A stretch of 64,000 nucleotides of DNA, taken from the NCBI GenBank assembly GCA_034437795.1, contig DAOTTI010000022.1:366-64365 (forward strand), given 5' to 3'. The stretch's first letter is position 1; every line of letters starts with the position of its first letter. Positions 8,990 through 18,389 of this stretch are shown in pieces. Under the pieces are notes generated by a model. That model did no database searches. It saw only the letters and a program-made list of their open reading frames with translations, and was not told the DNA's origin. A program made the translations under genes and the position numbers. This stretch comes from Chloroflexota bacterium (lineage in GTDB: Bacteria > Chloroflexota > UBA11872 > UBA12225).

Positions 8990-10264
8990 ATGAAGGATGT
9001 GCTTCTCGTCTGCCCGAGCGCCTGGGACAGCGCGCAGCTTCCGGCGTCGCGCACGCTCCCGCGCGACCGGTACCGGCTGCACGTGGCCGCCGAGGAGGCC
9101 GAAGACTATCCGGCGACGTTCGACGCGCTCGGCTTTATCGACCAGATGGTGGAGCGCCTCCGGAAACGGCCGGTTGATGGAGTGGCCAGTTCGAGCGATT
9201 ACCCCGGGTGCATCGTCGCGGCTGGGATCGCCAAGGAGCTTGGCCTGCCCGGGCCAGAGCCGAAGGCGGTCCTGACCTGCTCCCACAAGTACTATTCGCG
9301 TGTCGCCCAGCGTGAGGCCGTGCCGGAGGCGACCCCCACCTTTGCCCTCGTGGACCCGCACCACCTGTCTGAGCGGTCGCTTGGTCTATCTTTCCCACTG
9401 TTCGTCAAGCCAGTCAAGTCCTGGTTCTCGATCTTTGCCCAGCGGATCGAGCGCTTTGACGAGCTGGTGGCGTTCGTACGACGCGCCGACGTCCGTGCCC
9501 ACCTCAGCGAGTTTGTGGCGCCTTTCAACCACCTGCTCGAGCGCTACACCGACTTCCCGTTCAATGGCAGCTACCTGGTGGCCGAGGAGATCCTGGGGGG
9601 CGACCAGGTGACGGTCGAGGGCTACGTGTTCCAGGGGGCGGTCGAGATCATCGGCATCACGGACTCAGTGATGTTCCCTGGGACGATCAGCTTTCAACGC
9701 TTTGACCACCCATCGGCGCTGCCCCTCCCCGTGCAGGAGCGCATGAGCGACATCGCCACGCGCGTGATCCGCCACATCGGGCTGGACAACAGCCTGTTCA
9801 ATATCGAGATGTTCTACGACCGGCATACCGACCGCATCTCCATCATCGAGATCAATCCGCGCATGTGCGGGCAGTTCGCGGACCTGATGGAGAGCGTCCA
9901 CGGAACGAACACCTATGAGATCTTGCTGGCGCTGGCGGTGGGGGAGCGCCCCCGCTTCCGGCGGGAAGCGGGACGCTGGCGGGTGGCGGCCAGCTTTCCG
10001 CTTCGCGCCTTCACGGACAAACGCGTGGTCCGGCTCCCCCATCCGCAGCAGGTCGAGGCGGTCAAGCGCCGCTACGCGGTGACGATCGTCAAGGCCGGCT
10101 ACTACCGTGAGGGCCAGCTGCTCTCAGACTTGCCGGAAAACAGCGATGGGGCCAGCTACCGGTACGGCGTCATCAACTTGGCCGGCCAGGATTGGGACCA
10201 CCTGCTGGCCGACTTCCAAAGGGCAGAGGCAGAACTCGGGTTCGTACTAGCGGACGTGGACTGA
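8990..10264 (+). CDS. ATP-grasp domain protein (carboxylate-amine ligase-like)
   Basis: LFVKPVKSWFS..., VEGYVFQG..., NIEMFYD...ISIIEINPRMCGQF are typical ATP-grasp motifs. ATG 8990 follows a GGGGACGGAG RBS. Confidence 0.75.
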   Translation: MKDVLLVCPSAWDSAQLPASRTLPRDRYRLHVAAEEAEDYPATFDALGFIDQMVERLRKRPVDGVASSSDYPGCIVAAGIAKELGLPGPEPKAVLTCSHKYYSRVAQREAVPEATPTFALVDPHHLSERSLGLSFPLFVKPVKSWFSIFAQRIERFDELVAFVRRADVRAHLSEFVAPFNHLLERYTDFPFNGSYLVAEEILGGDQVTVEGYVFQGAVEIIGITDSVMFPGTISFQRFDHPSALPLPVQERMSDIATRVIRHIGLDNSLFNIEMFYDRHTDRISIIEINPRMCGQFADLMESVHGTNTYEILLALAVGERPRFRREAGRWRVAASFPLRAFTDKRVVRLPHPQQVEAVKRRYAVTIVKAGYYREGQLLSDLPENSDGASYRYGVINLAGQDWDHLLADFQRAEAELGFVLADVD

Positions 10265-10268
10265 GCCA

Positions 10269-10286
10269 CCGGCGCCACGGCGCCGG
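10269..10286. terminator. Short GC hairpin in a 43-bp convergent gap
   Basis: CCGGCGCC-AC-GGCGCCGG palindrome between the ATP-grasp and ndh stops. No U-tract. Confidence 0.2.
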
Positions 10287-10307
10287 GCGCGGCGCGATTG
10301 GGCGCCA

Positions 10308-11675
10308 TTAGTCCGGCCGGCGGCCGGGGGCTGTCCCCGCCTGCTCCGGGCTTTCGCGGCCGGCCAGGGATCGGCAGGGGTGCCGGCCGCCGGTGATCAG
10401 GCGCGCGCCCCGCTCGTACGTAAAGTACGACCACATCCACTGCAGCAGGACCAGCAGCCGGTTGTCAAAGCCGATGAGATTGAAGATGTGCACGGCCAGC
10501 CAGACCAGCCAGGCCACAAAGCCGGAGAGGTGGATGCGACCGAACTCGGCCACGGCCGCGGCGCGCCCGATCGTGGCCAGGCTGCCGCGGTGGACGTACC
10601 GGAACGGCCGCCGTGGCCGGCCGGTGATGCTGCGCCAGATGTTCTCCGCTGCCGCGCGGCCCTGCTGGATCGCTACCGGCGCCACGCCGGGGAGCGGCCG
10701 GCCGGTCTGGTGGGTGAACAGCGCCAAGTCACCAATGACGTACACCTCCGGATGGCCTGGCAGGGTCAGCTCCGGCTCCACCGCGACGCGCCCGGCGCGG
10801 TCCAGCGGCACGCCGAGCGAGCGCGCCAGCGGGGAGGCGGCCACGCCGGCCGCCCACAGCGTGGTGTACGTTGGAATGACCTCGTCGCCGACGTGCACTG
10901 CTTCGGGGGTGATGCACGTCACCGTGGCGTTGGTGCGAACCTCTACGCCGAGCTTCCGCAGCTGTGCCTCGGCGCTGGCAGAGAGGTCCGGCGGAAACGC
11001 CGGCAGGATGCGGCCCAGCCCCTCCAGCAAGATCACGCGAGACTGTGCCGGATCGATCTCCCGAAAGTCGTGCTGAAGCGTCAAGCGCGCGATCTCGGCG
11101 ATGGCGCCGGCGAGTTCGACGCCCGTCGGCCCGCCGCCAACGACGACGAACGTGAGCAGGGCCCGCCGTCTCACCTCATCGGTCTCTCGTTCAGCCGCCT
11201 CGTAGGCGCAGAGAATGCGGCGCCGGATCTCCAGGGCATCGTCTATGGTCTTCAGGCCCGGCGCAAACGGCTCCCACTCATCGTGGCCGAAGTAGGAGTG
11301 GCGCGCTCCGGTGGCCAGGATCAGGTAGTCGTAGGAGAGCTCGCCGTCATCGAGCTGTACGCGCCGGCCGGCCAGGTCGATGCCCGTAGCCTCCGCCAGC
11401 ACCACGCGCACGTTGCGGTAGCGACGTAGCAGGGAACGGATGGGGTGAGCGATGTCGCCGGGCGAGAGCGCGGCCGTGGCCACCTGATACAGCAAGGGCT
11501 GGAAGAGGTGGTAGTTGTGCTGGTCGACGACCGTGATGCGCACGGGGTACCTGGCCAGCGCCCGCGCCGCGTTCAGCCCGCCGAACCCGGCGCCGACGAT
11601 GACCACGTGTGGCGGACGCCGGCGGTCTGCACCAGACGGCTCTGCTCCAGATGGCTCTGCCCCAGATGAGGTCAT
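10308..11675 (-). CDS. ndh: Type II NADH:quinone oxidoreductase (NDH-2)
   Basis: HVVIVGAGFGGLNAAR..., HNYHLFQPLLYQVA, and second Rossmann VVVGGGPTGVELAG. I prefer ATG 11675; the track start 11684 is a TTG. Confidence 0.85.
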   Translation of the reverse strand: MTSSGAEPSGAEPSGADRRRPPHVVIVGAGFGGLNAARALARYPVRITVVDQHNYHLFQPLLYQVATAALSPGDIAHPIRSLLRRYRNVRVVLAEATGIDLAGRRVQLDDGELSYDYLILATGARHSYFGHDEWEPFAPGLKTIDDALEIRRRILCAYEAAERETDEVRRRALLTFVVVGGGPTGVELAGAIAEIARLTLQHDFREIDPAQSRVILLEGLGRILPAFPPDLSASAEAQLRKLGVEVRTNATVTCITPEAVHVGDEVIPTYTTLWAAGVAASPLARSLGVPLDRAGRVAVEPELTLPGHPEVYVIGDLALFTHQTGRPLPGVAPVAIQQGRAAAENIWRSITGRPRRPFRYVHRGSLATIGRAAAVAEFGRIHLSGFVAWLVWLAVHIFNLIGFDNRLLVLLQWMWSYFTYERGARLITGGRHPCRSLAGRESPEQAGTAPGRRPD

Positions 11676-11833
11676 AAGGCTCAAGGCCTCTTGCCCACAT
11701 TATTTCACCATTCGCCGCCGGCGCCCCTTGTGCTGCTTCAGGCAACCTGCAGTGCCAGCACTGCCGTCGTTTCCACGATCGGCCATCCCAGGGAGGTGGC
11801 CGGCTCCTGCTCTGGCCTGGCTTTTCATCAGCG

Positions 11834-11887
11834 GAGCCCTCACCCTGACCTTCTCCCACAGGGAGAGGAAGGTCGTCACTGGCCATC
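11834..11887 (+). repeat. REP-like hairpin repeat, family A
   Basis: GAGCCCTCACCCTGACCTTCTCCCACAGGGAGAGGAAGGTCGTCACTGGCCATC, in the divergent ndh/MMPL gap. Confidence 0.8.
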
Positions 11888-12008
11888 AATCACCCAGGCT
11901 GGAGGATCAGCGGCCGCGCCTGTGGCCAGTTCGCCTGCGGGGCCAATGGCCACTTGCAAGGGCGCGCCCCACTCGCAGCGGCGGAATGGGTACGCTGGTG
12001 TGAGGCCT

Positions 12009-14426
12009 ATGGAGCGCGGGGCGAGCGCAGGCGCCACAGGCGTCTTTGGCTGGTGGGGACGCCGGCTGTATCGGTGGCGCTGGGCGGCGATCACGATCTG
12101 GCTCACGGTGGCGCTGGCCGCGCTCCCCCTGCTGCCAGCGGTCCCCGGCCGGTTGCGCGCCGGCGGCTTTGCCGATCCCAGCCTGCCGTCAGCTCGCGCG
12201 GAGGCCACGCTCCGCCAGGCGCTGGACCTGCCGGCCAACACAGTGGCGGTGTTCTATCTCAGCCACGGCCGGCCGTACGCCGACCCCGCCGTCCGTGAGG
12301 CGGTGGCCCAATCGCTTGCGCGGCTGAGGACGCTGCCCCAGGTGCGGTCCGCCATCGCCCCCGACCAGGGGAGCCGCCAGATCGGGCGGTCCGCCACCAC
12401 GGCCTATGCCCTGCTCAGCCTGGATGGACGCCCGGAGACGAGCCTGCGCCTGCTCCCCGAGCTTGAGCGCCTGGCCGCCGTGCCGCCCCTGGCGGACGGG
12501 ACCCGGATCGAGGTGCTCGTGGCCGGTGGCGCGCCCTTCTTTCGCGATCTGCAGGAGGCTACGGAGCGCGACCTGCGTCGCGCCGAGCTGATCACGCTGC
12601 CGGTGGCGGCGGTGGTACTGACGCTCGTCTTCGGGTCTGTGCTCACCGCCGCCGTCCCTGTGGCGGTGGGAGTGGCCACGACCGTCCTGGGGCTGGCGAG
12701 CCTGTTCGCCCTGAGCTTCCCCTTCGACCTTTCCGTGTTTGTGCTCAACCTGGCCAGCATGCTGGCGCTGGGGCTCGGCACCGACTACGCCCTGTTCATG
12801 GTCAGCCGCTTCCGCGAGGAGCTGGCGCGCCAGGGCCGGCTGGAGGAGGCGCTGGCCGCGACCCTGGCCACGGCCGGCCGCGCCGTATTCTTCTCCGCCG
12901 GCACGGTGCTTGCCGGCCTGGCCGGGCTGCTGGCCTATCCCTTCATGCTGCTGCGCTCGCTGGGCATCGCCGGCATCGTCGCCGTCCTGGCGTCGGTCAC
13001 CGCTGCGCTCACCCTCCTGCCGGCCATCCTGGCGGTGCTGGGGTGGAGGGTACACGGGGGGCCATCGCGCCCTTCACCCGCCGGCCCCGTCTCCCGCTCT
13101 CGGGGTACGAAGGGTCACAGTGGACGATGGCGCACCGCGCTGCTCCGCTCCTTGTGGCTGAGCAGGGACACGACTGAGGACCGGCAGGGTCTGTGGGCGG
13201 GCCTGGCGTGGCTCGTCCTGGGTCACCCGTGGCGCGTGCTCGTCGCGGTGCTGCTTCTGCTCGGCGCGCTGGGCGCCCCCTTTACCGGAGCGCGTCTGAG
13301 CACGCCGGATGCGCGCATCCTCCCGCCGAGTACGGACTCGCGCCGCGCCGCCGACCTGCTGGCGACGGAGTTCGAGCCCGGCGCCGGCGCCCCGCTGCTG
13401 CTGGCCGTCATCGCCCCAGAACGGATCACGGCCCCCGCGCAGCTCAGCACGCTCTACGACTTCACGCGTGCCCTGGCGCGCGATCCACGCGTGGAGCGGG
13501 TGGAAAGCATCGTAGATCTTGATCCGCGCCTGACCAAAGAGCAGTATGCCCTGCTCTACGCCCGCCCCGAGGCCAGCCCCGACCTGTGGGCGCGCGGCGT
13601 GGCGCGGGCCCTGGCCAGAGAGAACGTGACCCTGGTGCGCGTCGTTCCGCGCTTCGATCCGCTTGGTCCGGAAACGATAGCGCTGGTGAAGGCGTTGCGC
13701 GCCACGACCCCGGCGCCCGGCTGGACGGTGGAGGTGGCGGGCGCGACGGCCACGGCCCTCGATCTCACGGAGCGCTTGTACGAGCAGTTCCCCATGGTGG
13801 TGGGCTTCGTCATCCTGGTGACGTACATCGTCCTCCTGATCACGTTCCGCAGCGTGATCCTTCCGGCCAAGGCGGTGGTCATGAACGCACTGTCGTTGGT
13901 GGCGAGCTACGGCGCGCTGGCGGCGGTGTTTCAGGATGGTCTGCTGGCGCGCCTGCCGCCTCCGTTCGGTATTGCACCACTCGGCTACGTGGAGGCCACG
14001 CTCCCGATCCTCCTTTTCTGCACCCTCTTTGGCCTCTCGATGGATTACGAGGTGTTCCTGCTCAGCCGCGTGCGCGAAGCCCATCTAGCGCTGGGCGACA
14101 ACGCGCGAAGCGTGGCTGCCGGACTGGAGACCAGCGGCCACGTGATCACCGGCGCGGCCGCGATCGTGGTGGCCGTCGCCGGCTGCTTCGCCGTGGCGGC
14201 GGACGTCGTTCAGATCAAGGCGCTGGGCCTGGGCATCGCCATTGCCGTGTTGGTCGACGCCACCATCGTGCGTGCGCTGCTCGTGCCGGCGACGATGCGC
14301 CTCCTGGGAGACTGGAACTGGTGGCTGCCACCGCCGCTGGGCGCGCTCCTGGGCCGATTGGAGCAGCGCGCACCGGCTCGAGCCTCCGATCAGGCGCCGG
14401 CCTGTGAGGGCACCGATGGGGGGTAG
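12009..14426 (+). CDS. MMPL/RND-superfamily membrane transporter
   Basis: Two 6-TM bundles with LGLGTDYALFMVSRFREEL and FGLSMDYEVFLLSRVREA motifs. ATG 12009 preferred because the track N-terminus (from 11691) reads through a REP element. Confidence 0.85.
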   Translation: MERGASAGATGVFGWWGRRLYRWRWAAITIWLTVALAALPLLPAVPGRLRAGGFADPSLPSARAEATLRQALDLPANTVAVFYLSHGRPYADPAVREAVAQSLARLRTLPQVRSAIAPDQGSRQIGRSATTAYALLSLDGRPETSLRLLPELERLAAVPPLADGTRIEVLVAGGAPFFRDLQEATERDLRRAELITLPVAAVVLTLVFGSVLTAAVPVAVGVATTVLGLASLFALSFPFDLSVFVLNLASMLALGLGTDYALFMVSRFREELARQGRLEEALAATLATAGRAVFFSAGTVLAGLAGLLAYPFMLLRSLGIAGIVAVLASVTAALTLLPAILAVLGWRVHGGPSRPSPAGPVSRSRGTKGHSGRWRTALLRSLWLSRDTTEDRQGLWAGLAWLVLGHPWRVLVAVLLLLGALGAPFTGARLSTPDARILPPSTDSRRAADLLATEFEPGAGAPLLLAVIAPERITAPAQLSTLYDFTRALARDPRVERVESIVDLDPRLTKEQYALLYARPEASPDLWARGVARALARENVTLVRVVPRFDPLGPETIALVKALRATTPAPGWTVEVAGATATALDLTERLYEQFPMVVGFVILVTYIVLLITFRSVILPAKAVVMNALSLVASYGALAAVFQDGLLARLPPPFGIAPLGYVEATLPILLFCTLFGLSMDYEVFLLSRVREAHLALGDNARSVAAGLETSGHVITGAAAIVVAVAGCFAVAADVVQIKALGLGIAIAVLVDATIVRALLVPATMRLLGDWNWWLPPPLGALLGRLEQRAPARASDQAPACEGTDGG

Positions 14427-14472
14427 ACGGGTGGCGCGCCACGCGGCGGAACGCCCGTAGTCTGGAAGTAGG

Positions 14473-15687
14473 ATGCGATCAGGAGATGAGCAGGACGTGA
14501 GCACAGCCACGCGCACCCGCCGCCGGGGGCTGGTTGCGGGTGGCGCCGCCCTTGCGCTGGCCGCCTGGAGTGCCTGCGCGGCCCCCGCCGGTGATCCGCG
14601 GCTGCGCAGCGAGGCGCCGTTGCAGGTGGAGCCGGCGCCTTCGCCAACCCCCCTTTCCCTGCCGCCGGTGCGGCTCCCTGAAGACGAGGCGCCCCACGAC
14701 GTGCTGGCCGAGTGGTGGTACTACACGGGCCACCTATACGCGACCGGTGGCGACGAATACGGCTTCGAGCTGGTCTTCTTCCGCGGGGTGCGCGGCAGCC
14801 GGCCCCCTGGCTACGCCGCCCACTTCGCTATCACGGACACGGCTAGACGCCGCTTCCAGTATGACCAGCGCCAGGACGTGGCGCTCAACGAGCTGGCGCG
14901 GCCGGAGCCGGCCCGCTCCCCAGTAGCGGGCGGCGGGGAGCGCCCGCCTGGGATCATCTCCCTCTCACCGCCCGATGGCGGGTTCGACCTGGCGATGGGC
15001 GGCTGGCGCATGCGGGGGCGCGATGGGCGCGACTTCGTCTCCGCGGCGATGGCGGGCTACCGGCTAGAGTTGGAGCTGGCCGCAACCAGACCGCCGGCGC
15101 TCCACCTCGGCGAGCCGCCATGGCAGCCGGGGTTGATCTCGTTCGGCCCTGCGGGGTACTCGTATTACTATTCGCGCACCAGGATGGTTGCCCGTGGGGT
15201 GCTGGAGGTGGACGGCATGCCGGTGTCGGTGGAGGGGATCGCCTGGACGGACCACCAGTGGGGGGACTTCCTGGTCCTGGGCGAGGGGGGATGGGACTGG
15301 TTCGCCGCCAACCTGGCGGACGGCCGCGACCTTACGATCTCGCTCATCCGCGACGCCTCCGGCGCCACCATAGTCGCGTACGGCACGTTGGTGGAAGCCA
15401 GCGGCGAGGCGCGCCATCTCGGGATGGGAAGCTTCACCGTGGAAGCGTTGGGGGAGTGGGTCAGCCCGCGCACTGGGATCCACTACCCGTCCGGCTGGCG
15501 CGTGCGGGTGCCGGCCGCGGACCTCGACCTGCGGTGGACGCCCCTGCTGCTGGACCAGGAGCTGGATGCGCGGACCAGCAGCGGGGTGATCTACTGGGAG
15601 GGCGCCGTTGCCCTGCACTATACGGGGTCGGGCGCGGACGCCGGCCGCGGGTATGTTGAGCTGACCGGCTACGGCACTCCCCGCTGA
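14473..15687 (+). CDS. Secreted CrtC/AttH-like (lipocalin-like N-domain, hydroxyneurosporene synthase family) protein with a Tat-type signal
   Basis: TRTRRRGLVAGGAALALAAWSAC signal, then HDVLAEWWYYTGHL and GFELVFFR. An alternative GTG start at 14497 sits behind AGGAGA. Confidence 0.7.
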   Translation: MRSGDEQDVSTATRTRRRGLVAGGAALALAAWSACAAPAGDPRLRSEAPLQVEPAPSPTPLSLPPVRLPEDEAPHDVLAEWWYYTGHLYATGGDEYGFELVFFRGVRGSRPPGYAAHFAITDTARRRFQYDQRQDVALNELARPEPARSPVAGGGERPPGIISLSPPDGGFDLAMGGWRMRGRDGRDFVSAAMAGYRLELELAATRPPALHLGEPPWQPGLISFGPAGYSYYYSRTRMVARGVLEVDGMPVSVEGIAWTDHQWGDFLVLGEGGWDWFAANLADGRDLTISLIRDASGATIVAYGTLVEASGEARHLGMGSFTVEALGEWVSPRTGIHYPSGWRVRVPAADLDLRWTPLLLDQELDARTSSGVIYWEGAVALHYTGSGADAGRGYVELTGYGTPR

Positions 15688-15792
15688 GCGACGGCTCGGT
15701 TCCATCTGGTGCTGGCCGGTGCTGGTCGAATGAGCCTGGTCCAACGTTGCCCTCTCAATACGCTGCAGCGCGGTCGTCCGGCGCCAGGCCGT

Positions 15793-15798
15793 TATACT
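15793..15798 (+). promoter_or_regulatory. -10-like hexamer TATACT upstream of the 15825 gene
   Basis: TATACT lies 26 nt before the GTG start, with GGAGGAGGG RBS in between. No convincing -35. Confidence 0.25.
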
Positions 15799-15824
15799 CG
15801 CCAGCGCCAGGGAGGAGGGTCGCT

Positions 15825-16694
15825 GTGCGCTACATCATGTTCACCAAGCACCTGCAGAGCATGTCCATCGTCGAGGCCGGGCAGACGATCAAGGCATTGG
15901 GCTTCGATGGCGTCGAGCTGACGGTCCGCCCGAACGGGCACATCCTACCGGAGCACGTTCGAGACGAGCTGCCTCGGGCCGTCGACGAGCTGCGATCGAT
16001 TGGCCTGGAGGTGCCGGCGCTGGTCGTGGAGATCCACAACCGGCGGGAGGAGCACGCCGCGGCGGTGTGCGAGACGGCGGCGCGAGTAGGGGCGACCGAG
16101 CTACGCACGTCCAGCCATCGCTACCGAGGCTTCGGCGAGATCCGCGAGCAGATCGCGTTGGCGCGCCGCGACGCCAGGGAGCTGGAGTCCCTGGGCAAGG
16201 AATACGGCGTGCGCCTGGACGTCCACTGCCACTCGGGCGACTTCCTGAGCACCAGCGGCGCCTTGCTGGAGTACATCATCGGCGACACCGACCCCAGCTA
16301 CGTGGGCGTGTCCCTGGACGTAGGGCATCTGACGGTGGAGGGCGGCAAGTCCGGTTGGAAGCAGAGCCTTGATTTTCTGAAGGACCGCGTGGGCATCGTG
16401 GCGGTGAAGAGCTTCGGCTGGTTCCGTGAGCCGGACCCCAGGACGGGGCACCTGCGCTGGGTCCCCAAGCTGGTTCCCCTGGAGGAGGGCAACGTGCAGT
16501 GGCGTGAGGCCTTCACACTGCTGCGCCAGGCGGGCTGGGACGCCGATGGGCGCTCGCTGGTCTCGGTGCACAGCGAGTACCAGGGCGGCAGTAGCTGGCG
16601 CAATCTGAGCGTGCCCGAACTCATCGAGCAGACGAGGAAGGACTTCGCCTATCTGAAGGAGCAGGCGGCGGTGCTGCAGCCGGCTGGAGCGTGA
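15825..16694 (+). CDS. Sugar phosphate isomerase/epimerase (xylose isomerase-like TIM barrel)
   Basis: MFTKHLQ..., GFDGVELTVRP, DVHCHSG, SLDVGHL motifs. GTG 15825 sits 5 nt after GGAGGAGGG. Confidence 0.8.
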   Translation: MRYIMFTKHLQSMSIVEAGQTIKALGFDGVELTVRPNGHILPEHVRDELPRAVDELRSIGLEVPALVVEIHNRREEHAAAVCETAARVGATELRTSSHRYRGFGEIREQIALARRDARELESLGKEYGVRLDVHCHSGDFLSTSGALLEYIIGDTDPSYVGVSLDVGHLTVEGGKSGWKQSLDFLKDRVGIVAVKSFGWFREPDPRTGHLRWVPKLVPLEEGNVQWREAFTLLRQAGWDADGRSLVSVHSEYQGGSSWRNLSVPELIEQTRKDFAYLKEQAAVLQPAGA

Positions 16695-16697
16695 CCC

Positions 16698-16746
16698 GTA
16701 ACTCGCAAGGCGTAACTCGTAATGCGAAATGCGTAATGCGTCACCT
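16698..16746. repeat. Heptamer tandem array (GTAACTC GCAAGGC GTAACTC GTAATGC GAAATGC GTAATGC GTCACCT)
   Basis: Read directly, immediately after the stop at 16694, in a convergent gap. Confidence 0.6.
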
Positions 16747-16792
16747 CTGCCCATGGAGGATCCATGCCAGGAGGCCAGGCGCAGGGGTCTGC

Positions 16793-17698
16793 CTACCGTC
16801 GCCAGGTGAAGAGCGGTTCAAGGGAGGGCCAGAGCGCGTCTAGCTCGGCGCGATCGTAGTCGTCCAGGGGCCCGCCGGCGCCGCGGGTGCGGGCAGACCT
16901 GATCACGCCCCGCCGGACGAGCACCTGCTTGGCGGAGGCCACGCCGGCCAAGCGCTCACGGTTCATGGCCGGCATCAGGCGCATGTGCAGCTCCCGCGCT
17001 TCGCTCTCGCGCCCTTGCTCCCAGAGGTGGAAGATGCGCGAGAGCACGTCGGTGTACTGCGCCGCCGGCATGTTGCCGGCCGCGCCGCGGTGTAGCTCGT
17101 CGATCAGGTTCTGGCCACCGCCGCCGCCGAAGACGCCCCACAGGCGTGGCTCCCTCGCCTCGACCAGTCGCGTGATGTTGTGATGGGCCGGCGCGACCTC
17201 TTCCTTGACGTAATGGACGTGCTCCACCTCGCGGACGAGCTTGAGCAGGGTGGCCGTATTCATTGCCGCCACGCCTGCGTTCTGGATGAAGACAGGTAGC
17301 CCGCCGGCCGCCTGCGAGATGGCCTCGTAGTAGCGCAGCACATCATCCTGGCTGAACTTCGTCACGTACGGGGGCATGGCGATCACGGCGTCTGCCCCGG
17401 CGTCGCGGGCAGCCTGCGCGAAGCGGCGCGCGCCCTGGGTGCTGGTGGCCGCCACGCCGAGCACGACGGGGACGCGGCCGTTGATCTGTCGCGTGACGAC
17501 CGGCATCAGGCGCAGGCGCTCCTCGTCCGTGAGGGTGAAGAACTCCGAGGCCATCACCGGATGGACGATGCCGGTCGCGCCTGCCTCGACGCAGAAGTCC
17601 AGCTCAGAACGCAGGCTGTCTAGATCAAGTTCGGTCTGGTCGTCGAACGGCGTCACCGGAATAGTGAAGATGCCTCGCCACCGCTGCTGCTCAGCCAC
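16793..17698 (-). CDS. Dihydrodipicolinate synthase-family (DapA-like) class I aldolase
   Basis: GIFTIPVTPFDD, GATGIVHPVMASEFFTLTDEER, HYVKEE (Schiff-base Lys region). GTG start. Confidence 0.85.
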   Translation of the reverse strand: MAEQQRWRGIFTIPVTPFDDQTELDLDSLRSELDFCVEAGATGIVHPVMASEFFTLTDEERLRLMPVVTRQINGRVPVVLGVAATSTQGARRFAQAARDAGADAVIAMPPYVTKFSQDDVLRYYEAISQAAGGLPVFIQNAGVAAMNTATLLKLVREVEHVHYVKEEVAPAHHNITRLVEAREPRLWGVFGGGGGQNLIDELHRGAAGNMPAAQYTDVLSRIFHLWEQGRESEARELHMRLMPAMNRERLAGVASAKQVLVRRGVIRSARTRGAGGPLDDYDRAELDALWPSLEPLFTWRR

Positions 17699-17744
17699 GT
17701 TGCCACTCCCTTCGCAGTTGACAGTTGCCTGGAATACGGCAGGA

Positions 17745-17750
17745 TTATAG
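17745..17750 (-). promoter_or_regulatory. Perfect TATAAT -10 box on the minus strand upstream of the DapA-like gene
   Basis: Minus strand reads CCTATAATCCTG, 46 nt before GTG 17698, followed by [10 protein letters not shown]. No clear -35. Confidence 0.3.
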
Positions 17751-17827
17751 GCTGGGGATAGATGGCTGGCAGAGCAGACAGCGGTGCCAGCCTGGTGTAA
17801 GCTATTAGTGGGAACCGGAGCGGGGCG

Positions 17828-18085
17828 ATGGCACAGTCAACGCGAGGCCCGCTGGACGAGCGCCTGCTGACTCACCACCCAGCCGGCCGCCTGTGCCTGG
17901 AGATCTGCCTGGCCTATGGCTGGCAGCCGAGCAGCGCCGACGTCCTGCGCCTCGTGCGGTTGTGGGATGAGGTCCGCCAGGGGCGCCGCAGCGACACCAC
18001 TCTCTCCCTGAAGCGCCTGCAGTTCGTGAAGTGGCTCTACCAGCAGGGCAAGATTGGCGAGGGGATGGAGCGCCGCACTCGCTAG
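17828..18085 (+). CDS. Small hypothetical protein (85 aa)
   Basis: Strong third-position GC bias in this frame and a GGAGCGGGG RBS before the ATG. No recognisable domain. Confidence 0.5.
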   Translation: MAQSTRGPLDERLLTHHPAGRLCLEICLAYGWQPSSADVLRLVRLWDEVRQGRRSDTTLSLKRLQFVKWLYQQGKIGEGMERRTR

Positions 18086-18262
18086 CTGGCGCTTCCATGT
18101 GAGCAAGAACCCTCAAAGGTTGTCCGCCGTCGCCCCTTTCGCCCGACGGGAGCTCTGCGGCTACTCCGCGAGTGGCTAACGCTAGCCCGCGTCTTTCGTC
18201 GTCTTCGTCGCCGGCGATCAGCCTCTTCTCCCCTTGGGAAACAGCGGGGGTCCCGCCTTGAC

Positions 18263-18313
18263 GGCCAACTGGGAGTTCTCTCTCCCTTTGGGAGAGGATC
18301 AGGGCGAGGGCTC
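18263..18313 (-). repeat. REP-like hairpin repeat, family A (inverted orientation)
   Basis: GGCCAACTGGGAGTTCTCTCTCCCTTTGGGAGAGGATCAGGGCGAGGGCTC. Confidence 0.8.
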
Positions 18314-18367
18314 CGCCGGTGAAAGAGCAACGCCAGCGGTCACCTCAGATAGGCACCCTGGCGAACG

Positions 18368-18373
18368 TATACT
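18368..18373 (+). promoter_or_regulatory. -10-like hexamer TATACT 16 nt before ATG 18390
   Basis: Implies a very short or absent leader for the coiled-coil gene. No SD is visible before 18390. Confidence 0.25.
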
Positions 18374-18389
18374 ACTGTTGGGTCCGGCA

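Noticed and set aside
11691-12008. Long N-terminal extensions offered by the ORF track (11691 for MMPL, 18234 for the coiled-coil gene, 23181 for the mutase, 25456 for thiolase, 46114 for cysK, 56549 for the cupin, 58592 for the thioesterase, 56032 for the membrane protein, 60397 for dnaN).
   Set aside because: The extensions run through REP-like repeats or neighbouring genes, and lack conservation-type sequence. Internal ATG/GTG codons with GGAGG-like RBSs coincide with the expected family N-termini.
17719-17724. Perfect TTGACA on the + strand as the -35 for the 17828 ORF.
   Set aside because: The best downstream -10-like hexamers (GATTAT/ATTATA) are 19-20 nt away, which is outside the usual spacing. 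The same AT patch reads as a perfect TATAAT on the opposite strand at a sensible distance from the DapA-like gene.
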